A stretch of DNA of 64,000 bases from Octopus sinensis (taxonomy: Eukaryota). Location: assembly GCF_006345805.1 (NCBI RefSeq), contig NC_043007.1, forward strand, positions 54,684,001 to 54,748,000, read 5' to 3'. Shown one piece after another: positions 53,739 through 64,000 of the stretch (within the stretch, counting starts at the first letter, position 1; every line of letters begins with the position of its first letter). The notes under the pieces are model-generated. The model saw only the letters and a program-made list of their open reading frames with translations. It was not told where the DNA came from and did not search any database. Both the position numbers and the translations under genes were made by a program.

Positions 53739-54333
53739 TGATTGTGATGTTGAAATTAAAAATGGTCTATGACTATTTAATTTTTTCCCACTAGGCCGCT
53801 GTGGCAAAAAAATTCTACAAAATTTTTTGGCCACCCTATATTGATTAATATGAATTCTCTGGTTAATTCCGTAATGGAATCGGCGGCGTATATTTATTTG
53901 CTGCCGATAAATTTGGCGCGAGTGCGATGATTTGAAAATTTTAGGTCAGATATTGCCGAGGCAGGGTCGGAAATGCCTCGTGAAAATATCTGTTCCGACT
54001 TGGCTATTTCTTACTGATGATTCTAAGGGCTATGGAAGATTGGCTGATTAATTTAATCGGGTTAGTTTACCATTAAACAGTAGATGAAACGGTGCATCGT
54101 ATTAAGAAATTACAGGGTAAATGTTTTTAATTTTCTCCTGGTTTACGGAATTGATGTTATTTGCGGTTGAAGCTTTTGGCTGTTATTTCTAGTGGGTGAT
54201 GGCCTATTATGGCCGTTCCTTGATTGTGATGTTGAACTTAAAATGTCTATGACTATTTAATTTTTTCCCACTAGGCCGCTGGTGGCAAAAAAATTCTACA
54301 AAATTTTTTGGCCACCCTATATTGATTAAATAT
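53739..54333 (+). mobile_element. Candidate non-LTR retrozyme-like element, copy A (482 bp unit plus ~110 bp repeat)
   Basis: 53739-53848 recurs at 54221-54330; no ORF; hammerhead fold, pseudoknot and many stems; (TA)n on the left, contig end on the right. Confidence 0.7.
54006..54110 (+). ncRNA. Type I hammerhead ribozyme fold, copy A
   Basis: ATTTCTTA-CTGATGA(54014-20)-T TCTA..TAGA T-GAAAC G(54086-91)-GTGCAT-CGTA(54098-101)-T-TAAGAAAT; one extra T at the base of stem I compared with copy B. Confidence 0.6.
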
Positions 54334-54433
54334 NNNNNNNNNNNNNNNNNNNNNNNNNNNNNNNNNNNNNNNNNNNNNNNNNNNNNNNNNNNNNNNNNNN
54401 NNNNNNNNNNNNNNNNNNNNNNNNNNNNNNNNN
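54334..54433. other. Scaffold gap of exactly 100 N
   Basis: Run of N; the sequence after it (54434-55410) repeats the sequence before it (53352-54333). Confidence 0.99.
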
Positions 54434-54815
54434 TATGTAAAAAAATAAAAGTTCTTTTACGGAAATCGACGGAAATCTGAGCTACGACATGCGAAACTTC
54501 GCAATATTATATATAGTATGTATAGGTATATCTCATATAATGTATGTATATTTATATATATAATATGTAGTATATCTATATATATATATATGTATGTATA
54601 TTATATATATATATTATATATATATGTATGTATATTATATATATATTATATATGTATGTATTATTATATGATATATATATATGTTGTAATTATATATATA
54701 TATATTATGTATGTTATTATATATATATATATATATAGATATGTATGAATTATATATATATATATTATATATATATGTATGATATTATATATATATATAT
54801 ATGTATGTATATTAT

Positions 54816-55410
54816 TGCTTGTGATGTTGAACTTAAAAATGGTCTATGACTATTTATTTTTCCCACTAGCCGATGGTGGCAAAAAAATTCTACAAAATTT
54901 TTTGGCCACCCTATATTGATTAATTATGAATTCTCTGGTTAATTCCGTAATGGAATCGGGGCTTATATTTATTTGCTGCCGATAAATTTGGCGCGAGTGC
55001 GATGATTTAAAAATTTAGGTCAGATATTGCCGAGGCAGGGTCGGAAATGCCTCGTGAAAATATCTGTTCCGACGTGGCTATTTCTTACTGATGATTCTAA
55101 GGGCCTATGGAAGATTGGCTTGATTTAATTAATCGGGTAGTTTACCATTAAACAGTAGATGAAACGGTTTGCATCGTATAAGAAATTACAGGGTAAATGT
55201 TTTTTAATTTTCTCCTGGTTTACGGAATTGATGTTATTTTGCCGGTTGAAGCTTTTGCTGTTATTTCTAGTGGGTGAATGGCCTATTAGCCGTTCCTGAT
55301 TGGTGATGTTGAACTTAAAAATGGTCTATGACTATTTAATTTTTTCCCACTAGGCCGCTGGTGGCAAAAAAATTCTACAAAATTTTTTGGCCACCCTATA
55401 TTGATTAAAT
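54816..55410 (+). mobile_element. Candidate non-LTR retrozyme-like element, copy B (481 bp unit plus ~110 bp repeat)
   Basis: Same architecture as copy A, with (TA)n on both sides; the repeat restarts at 55297. Confidence 0.7.
55080..55186 (+). ncRNA. Type I hammerhead ribozyme fold, copy B
   Basis: Stem I 55080-87/55179-86 (8 bp perfect); CUGAUGA 55088-94; stem II UCUA/UAGA with U-U at its base; GAA 55161-63; stem III 55164-68/55173-77; predicted GUA cleavage after 55178. Confidence 0.7.
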
Positions 55411-55786
55411 ATATATATCTATATATATATATGTATGTATATTATATATATATAATATGTATGTATATTATTCTATATTATATATATATGTATATTATAT
55501 TTATATATATATATATATATATGTATGTATTATATTATATATTATATAGATGTATGGTATATTATATATATATATATATGTATGTATATTATATATATAT
55601 ATATGTATGTATATTATATATATTATATATTGTATGTATATTATATAATATAATATATGTATGTATATTAAATCTATATATATATATATGTATATATATG
55701 TATATTATATATATATATATATGTATGGATATTATATATATATATATATGTATGTATATTATATATATATATATATGTATGTATAT

Positions 55787-55817
<31 letters not shown>

Positions 55818-57500
55818 ATATTTCTATATATATATGTATGTATGTTATTATCTATATATATAGGTATGTATATTATATATATAGATTTATATAGATGTAT
55901 GGATATTATATATTATATATATATTATGTATAGTATATATATATATATATGTATGTATATTATAGATATATATATATGTATGTATATATAATATATATAT
56001 ATGTATGTATATTTATATATATATATGTATATATATATATAGATATATATGTATATTATATATATATATATGCTATGTTATATTATATATAGATAGATGT
56101 ATGTATAATTAATATATATATATGTATGTATATATATATAGATATATGTATGTATATATATATATTATATATGTATGTATTTATATATATATATATAGGT
56201 ATGTATATTATATATATTATATATGTATGTATATATATATGTATGTATATTATATATATATATATGTATGTATTATATATATATATATAATATATATATG
56301 TATGTATTATTAGATAATAATATGATATGTATGTATTATATATATAATAGTTATGGATGTATATTTAGTATATATATATAGATGTAGTTATATTATAGAT
56401 ATATATATATGTATGATATTATATATAATAATAGGTATGTATATTATATATATATATATATGTTATGTATATTATATAATATATATATATATATATATAT
56501 GTATATTATTATATATATTATATAATATATGTATGTATATTATATATATATATATATATCTATGTATATTATATATATATATATATGTATGTATATTATA
56601 TATATATATATAGTATGTATATTATATATATATATATATATGTATGTATATTATATATATATATATATGTATGTAGATTATATATATAATATATGTATGT
56701 ATATATATATATATATATATGTATATTATATATACGTTATGTATATATATATATGTATGTATGTTATATATATATACGTATGTATGTATATATATATATA
56801 TACGTATTTATGTATATATTTATGTATATATATACGTATTTATGTATATATATATGTGTATATATATATATTTATGTATATATTTATGTATATATATATG
56901 TGTATATATATATATGTATGTATATATATATATGTATGTATGTTATATATATACGTATGTATGTATATATATATATATGTATGTATGTTATATATATACG
57001 TATGTATGTATATATATATATACGTATTTATGTATATATATATGTGTATATATATATATGTATGTATATTATATATATACGTATGTATGTATATATGTAT
57101 GTATATTTATATATATATACGTATGTATATATATATATATATGTATGTATATTTATATGTATATATGTATGTATATATATATGTATGTATATTTATATGT
57201 ATATATGTATGTATATTTATATATATATGTATGTATGTATATTTATATATATATGTATGTATATTTATATATATATGTATGTATATTTATATATATATAT
57301 GTATGTATGTATATTATATATATATATGTATATTTATATATATATGTATATTTATATATATATGTATGTATGTATGTATATATGTATGTATATATGTATA
57401 TATATATATATATGTATGTACATATATGTATGTATGTATATATGTATATATATATATGTATGTATATATATATATGTATATATATATATATGTGTGTATG

Positions 57501-57533
<33 letters not shown>

Positions 57534-59286
57534 GTGTGTGTATGTATAGTATATATGTATATATATGTAGGTATATATATATATGTATGTAATATCTATA
57601 ATCGGTGTGTATGTATATGTATATATTATATATATATGTATGTAATATTATATATGTATGTATATATATGTATGTATGTATAGTATTATATATATGTATA
57701 TGTATGTCTATATATATATGTATGTAATGTAATATATTGTATGTATATATATGTATGTATATATATGTAGGTATATATATATGTATGTATATATATATGT
57801 ATATGTAATATATATTATATGATGTATATGTATAGATATATGTATGTATGTATATGTAGATATATATATGTATATATGTATATGTAGTATGTATGTATAT
57901 GTACTATATATATATGATATATGTAATGGTATATATATATATATGTATTATTATAGATATATATAGTATATATATATGTATGTATGTATATTATAGATAT
58001 ATATATGTATATATATATGTTGTATATATATATGATATATTGTATGTATATATATAGGTATGTATGTATATGTTATATAGTATTATATATATAGGTAGTA
58101 TGTATGTATATATATATGATAATGTATGTATATATATAGGGTATTATGTATATATATGTATATGTATGTATAATATAGGTAGTATGTATATGTTATAATA
58201 TAATATATATATATGTATGTATATATATAGGTATGTATGTATATATATAGGTATGTATGTATATGTATATTATATTAGATGTGATGTATATATATAATAG
58301 TATGTATATATGTATGTATATATATATATATGTATATATATATATAATGTAATGTATAATGTATGTATATATATATATGTGTATATATATATGTATGATG
58401 TATATAGATATCTATGTATGTATATAATATATGTATGTGATGTATATATATATATATATGTAGTGTATATACATATGTATGTATTATATGTATATATATA
58501 TATTGTATGTTATATATATATATGTATGTATATATATATATGTATGTTTATGTATAATATAATGTATGTATATGTATGTATTTATGTATATGTATATATA
58601 TATATGTATGTATGTGTTATATATATAATATGTATATATATATGTATGTATATGTATATATATATGTATGTATATGTATATATATATATGTATGTATATG
58701 TATATTATATATGTATGTATATATATTATATGTATGTATATAATATATATAGTATATATATATAATATATATATATATATGTATATATATATATGTATAT
58801 ATATATATATGTATGTATATATATATATGTATATATATATGTATAATATATATGTATATATATATATAGTATATGTATGTATATATATATATGTATATAT
58901 GTATGTATATATATATATGTATGTATATATATATGTATGTATATAATATATGTATGTATATATATATATGTATGTATATATATATATGTAGATATATATA
59001 TATGTATATAATATATATATATATCTGTATATGTATATATATATATGTGTATATATATATATATATATCTGTATATGTATATATATATATGTGTATATAT
59101 ATGTGTATATATGTATATATATATGTGTAATATATATGTGTATATATGTATATGTATATATATGTATATGTATATATATGTGTATATATATATGTAGGTA
59201 TATATATATATATATTATATATATATTATATATATGTGTGTGTATATATATATATGTATATATATATGTGTGTATGTATATATATA

Positions 59287-59320
<34 letters not shown>

Positions 59321-59335
59321 GTATGCATATATATA

Positions 59336-59369
<34 letters not shown>

Positions 59370-59758
59370 GTATGCATATATATAACATACATATATATAC
59401 CTACATATATATATGTGTATGCATATATATAACATACACATATATATTACTACATAATATATATACATTATATTATATATACATTATACATATATATATA
59501 TATAATATATATATACATATATATTATATTTATGTATATATACAAATATATATATATATATAATATATATATACATATATATACATATATATAAGCTACT
59601 ATATGTATATATACATATAATATATATTATACATATATATATACATATTATGTTATATACATTTATATACTATATATACATATATATATACAATATATCT
59701 ATATTATTACATATATATATATATACATATATATAGATACATATATATGTATAATACA

Positions 59759-59791
<33 letters not shown>

Positions 59792-61427
59792 ACACATATA
59801 TGTATATACATATATGGAGGCGTAATGGAGATATTGTACGTACATGGGTATATTCTGGAAATGAGCTGCAATGGAACATGGCAACAGGGAAGTGAACTGT
59901 TGAAATGTTGCAGAAGGTGAAGGGTTGACATTGGATTGCTGGTGTGGCTGTAGAATAAGAAACATAAACTGAGCTTATGCAGTCACATGAGAATATGTAG
60001 TAATAATAATTACTTGAAAAAATAAGGCATAGTGGCTTGCCATGTGGTATGTATATAGTATGTCTGCATTTTTGTATGCAATGTAAATTAACGAAATATA
60101 AGCAAATGAATGAAATAGAGGCACGTGTATAGAACTATTAATTTAATGGTAAATGTTGCAATAATTATTACAGAGAGACAAAGAATTATATATAAATATA
60201 TACATATGTATGTGTAGATGTGTGTGTGTTTAATAACATACGTAATTTGGAAACACACACAGACACATACTCATACACTCACAGACAGATATACACTCAT
60301 ATACAAAATGTGATGTCATCATTGTGATATAAAATGTTCCTGACATCCACTCACATATACTAAGCTAGTCACTCAGAGACATACATTCATGCATGTCAGT
60401 CGTTATACATATATGTGTAGATGTGTGTGTGTGTTTAATAACGTACCAAATGTGGAAAGACACACACTATGAGACATATACACACTCAGAATATGATGTT
60501 GTTGTTGTGGTATAAAATATCCTGTTGACAATAGAAAGATTATCTCTATGAAATGTTATATTGTTTTAATCAAAATAAAATGAAATGAAATAAAGTTTTG
60601 TGTTGACACTGACCAACCCTTACATACGTATAGTGTTTAATAATGTACCTAATGCGGAAAGACACACACACTTTGAGACGTATACACAATCATGCACTCA
60701 CACACATACATTCACGGACAGATACACAGTCATATACAAAATGATACGTCATTGTTGTTGTCAGTCATCACCTATGTATATGCATGTGTAGATGTGAGTA
60801 TGTTTTTAATAACATACCATTACATATGTATGTGTAGATGTGTGTATGTTTAATAACGTACCTAATGCAGAAAGACTCACACATCATGAGACATATACAC
60901 ACTCATACACTTACACACATACATTCACAGACAGATACAGAGTCATAAACAAAATGTGATGTTATCATTGTGGTATAAAATGTCCTGTTGACACTAGGAG
61001 GATTATCTCTATGAAATGTTATATTGTTTTAATCGAAATGAAAATATGCCCTCACATACATATAGTGTAATTAATAGCGTATCTAACACAGAAAGACACG
61101 CACACACTGTGAGACATACACTCTCATACACTCATATATACATTCACAGACAGACACAGTAATACAAAAAATGTGACATCATCATGGTTAGAATTAAAAG
61201 TAAAAGTATAAAAGTGAAACATTATATCACATTACAATATAGATGTTATTCTTTGACTTTTGACATGTACTAATATTGCATTGTTTTAATCCAAATGACA
61301 AAAAATTACATATTGACACTCACAGCATCTGATAGTACTACCATGTAAAATTTGATTTGATTTGGTTGAGCTGTTTTAGAATGCATTGGGAACAGAGAGA
61401 CAAAGGATTTTATATATTTATATATAT

Positions 61428-61475
<48 letters not shown>

Positions 61476-61489
61476 ATATATATATATAT

Positions 61490-62750
61490 GTAAACATGGG
61501 AAAAAAAAGTCAAGGTAGAAAATGCTGAAATGATTTTATAAAAAACATTTTAGTACCGGTTTCAGTCATTCAGACTTTCTCAACTCTAAGTATGGAAAAC
61601 AAATTTTGGAAAAATTAAATGAAAAATTTTTTTAAACAAATATTTGCATAGTATTCAAATACATGAGACATTTTCCTTGTTTCCATCTGTCTCTGCCTCT
61701 CTTGTGGGTTCAAGGTCCTTGTGAATTCTTTGCAGAGAAGAAGAAAAGAATGTGGGAGTGGTATGATAGTAGTGGGATGTTAAATGGTCAAGTGCCCTGT
61801 AAGTAACTTGTTGTGGATGGTAGGGACTGTTTTTAATGAATTCTTGGGTATCTCTTTTGAATGTATCATTTTTAATATTTGCATGTGTGTTATTCTAAGG
61901 TCATGGTGGATATGTCATTTGTTGTAGATGCGTTCAAAAGTGGTCTGTATTTTGTGATAAAGAAAGACTCTTTACTAATTCGTTGGCTACAGGTTGTATC
62001 ATCCAGAATTGATAGAGGGGAAAAATTCTGAAGCTTGGATTTTTGGCTGAATGCTATTTTTCTGTTTTGCGGAATTTTGATCTGGGATCTGTAGAGAGCC
62101 ATCCTTTGACATAGGCTGTCTTCTGTTTGGCCTATATATTGCTCTTGACACCCAGAGCAGGTTAGTGTGTATATCAGGTTCTCCGAATCACATGTGAAGC
62201 TGCTTTACACTGTGAAACATTCCTGTTTGAAGGAGAACTCTGATCCCTCAATTAAACTGTCACATATCCCACAGTTGGGTCTTCTGCATTTATCACTGAC
62301 GGCTTCAGTGTTGTTGAGCATATTTGAACTTGTGTTAAGAGACTTTTCATAGATTTGGGCTGTCTCTTGCTTTTTATGATGGTGTGTTTGGAGGATTAAG
62401 TTCATTCTGTGATCCTTTTTTAACAGGGGAATGTTTTGAAGGATGGTGTTGAAGGCTTCATTGTTAAGAGGATTTATGTGAAGATGTATGGTAGGGCTTT
62501 TAGTTGTAAATCCTTCTTTAATTTGGGATGTCTGAGTTCGTGGATGTTGAGTTGTAGGGCACGTTAAAACATATGTCAGTTAGTGAAGGTGGGTAGTTCC
62601 TGGTGATGAGTGTATCCTTTAGTTCATATAGTCATGTGTCCCTGGTGCTTGCATTAGAAACTATAGTACAGATCCTTTTTGCTAGGTTGAGGGGGAATAT
62701 TCATTCTGGTGTGTCTAGGGTGGCATGAGTTGAACGGTAGATATTGCTTG
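61490..62750 (-). mobile_element. Penelope-like element 3' portion: RT thumb, Cys-rich linker, GIY-YIG, terminal repeat
   Basis: YYKPTDSKQYLPFNSCHPRHTRMNIPLNLAKRIC; KCRRPNCGICDSL; CDSENLIY..CSGCQEQYIGQT..KESFFITKYRPLLN. The left end abuts (TA)n. Confidence 0.9.
61546..61594 (-). ncRNA. Minimal type I hammerhead in the PLE terminal repeat, U3-A8 variant
   Basis: Minus strand: CATACTTAGAG-TTGAGAA-AGTC tgaat GACT-GAAACCGGTA-CTAAAATG; palindromic ACCGGT stem III; stem I imperfect. Confidence 0.6.
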
Positions 62751-62759
62751 GAGTCTGTG

Positions 62760-64000
62760 GGTTTATAGTATATATCTAACAGCAAACCAAATCAATAAAC
62801 ACTCCAAAGGACTCAAGTTTACACCCCCTAACGCCCCAACTACAACGAAATGAAAGAAGATATTGCAGAATTCTGTAGAAAATTGCGACTCGATGAGGAG
62901 CTATACAACAAATACAATGAGGACTAATTGTTAGGCTGAAATAGAAGTAACTACATCCTTCAAAAGGTAAGAACAAAACACTTGATCATTTCTGTGAATA
63001 CATCTCGAATTACCTATATCAACATATGCGCAAACAAAAACACAAACCAAACTTCAGCAAAAAAGAATGGGCTGAGGCTGAACAAATTAAAAGATGACAA
63101 AGCAATAACAATCAAAGAGGCTGATAAAGCAAGTACAGTTGTCTTAATGGACATAGTATACTATATAACTCTAGTACTATCCATGGAAGACACAAGCTCG
63201 AATATGCTTAACAACAACACTGAAGCCGTCAGTAAAAGAATGCAGAAGTCCCAACTGAAGGATATGCATCAATTTAATTGAGGGATCAGAGTTCTCCTTC
63301 AAACAGGGACAATGTTTTACAGTGAAAAGCAGCTTCACATGTGCTTCGGAGAAGCTGATATATGCACTTACCAGCTCTGGGTGTCAAGAGCAATACATAG
63401 GCCAAACAAAAGACAGTCTATGTCAAAGGAGACTGATCCCAGATCAAAATTCTGCAAAACAGAAAAATAGCATTCAGCCAACACATTGACATTCACGCCA
63501 ATAACAAAAATCCAAGCTTCAGAATGTTTCCCCTCTATCAATTGGGGGCCGATACAACCTGTAGCCAATGAATTTATCACAAAATACAGACCACTTTTGA
63601 ATGCGTCTACAACAAATGATATATCCACAACGACCTTAGAATAACACATATACAAATATTAAAAATGATACATTCAAAAGAGATACCCAAGAATTCATTA
63701 AAAACAGTCCCAATCACTGCTATAACCCACAACAAACTACTTTTAGGTCACTTGACTATTTAACATCCTACTACTATCATACCATCCAGCATTTTTTTTG
63801 TTATTCTTTCTCTCCTTCTTCGTCTTCTTCTCCGCCACCTCCTTCCTTACTTTACTACTACTGCTGTTTAGAATAACACCTACACAAATATTATAAACAA
63901 TACATTCAAAAGAGATATCTCAAGAATTCAATCACTACTACCATCCACAACAAGTTACTTACAGGGCACTTGACCATTTAACATCCTACTACTATCATAC
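62760..64000 (+). mobile_element. Second PLE segment in opposite orientation with the RT core deleted; runs off the window end
   Basis: KGLKFTP..NEMKEDIAEFCRKLRL, LKDDKAITIKEADKASTVVLMD, then a direct jump to linker/GIY-YIG sequence homologous to 61740-62380; partial tandem repeat at 63640-64000. Confidence 0.85.

Larger units (their letters stand above)
46590..59816. repeat. Complex (TA)n microsatellite/minisatellite field with non-TA islands
   Basis: About 13 kb dominated by TA with a recurrent ATGTATGTATATT motif; islands at 48794-49566, 52070-52232, 52467-53420, 53739-54502 and 54816-55410. Confidence 0.97.
46534..61420 (-). mobile_element. Putative Helitron whose internal (TA) tract has expanded and been colonised
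   Basis: Degenerate 3' end (ACTAACAGAGATACTCAGCGTTGCTCGAG, compare 21317-21345) at 46533. 5'-end signature on minus strand (TATATAAAATCCTTTGTCTCTCTG..CAACCAAATCAAATCAAATTT) at ~61340-61420. Internal diverged sub-repeats at 60195-61190. Confidence 0.5.

Noticed and set aside
53947-53999. HDV-like ribozyme reading of the pseudoknot
   Set aside because: Only 1 nt lies between the S2 5' strand and the S1 3' strand, so there is no P3/P1.1, and no J4/2 catalytic C context.
53739-54333. TRIM or LTR-retrotransposon reading of the 110 bp direct repeats
   Set aside because: No terminal CA, no primer-binding site, no polypurine tract, and the ribozyme lies outside the repeats.
46590-59965. Dozens of long I/Y/M/C/V-rich ORFs (up to 384 aa)
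   Set aside because: Translations of (TA)n/(TG)n repeats, which lack stop codons in some frames; no coding signal.

Overview
Eukaryotic, very AT-rich, repeat-dominated genomic DNA. The SINE, LINE and Penelope families and the huge (TA)n tracts point to an octopus (coleoid cephalopod); that assignment is inference from repeat recognition. I can support only two host-gene pieces: the terminal coding exon of HEATR5B (4388-4710, +) and a 19-codon signal-peptide first exon of an unidentified gene (44290-44346, +). The rest is transposon debris: RTE/RTEX-like LINEs (with a PHD finger inside the RT), CR1, HERO, Gypsy, mariner, maT, hAT, Helitrons, MITEs, tRNA-SINEs and Penelope-like elements (PLEs). 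A ~13 kb complex (TA)n field contains one 100-N scaffold gap. The main discovery is a ~595 bp non-coding element inside the (TA)n field (53739-54333, seen again at 54816-55410). It is about 1.2 tandem copies of a ~482 bp unit and carries a type I hammerhead ribozyme fold, an H-type pseudoknot just upstream and many other stems, like a non-LTR retrozyme (circular-RNA retroelement). A second, minimal hammerhead with a compensatory U3-A8 core lies in a PLE terminal repeat 6 kb away (61546-61594, -). The second copy of the element is probably an assembly overlap across the gap. All ribozyme calls are by-eye folds and need computational and biochemical testing. Boundaries of degenerate transposons are approximate.
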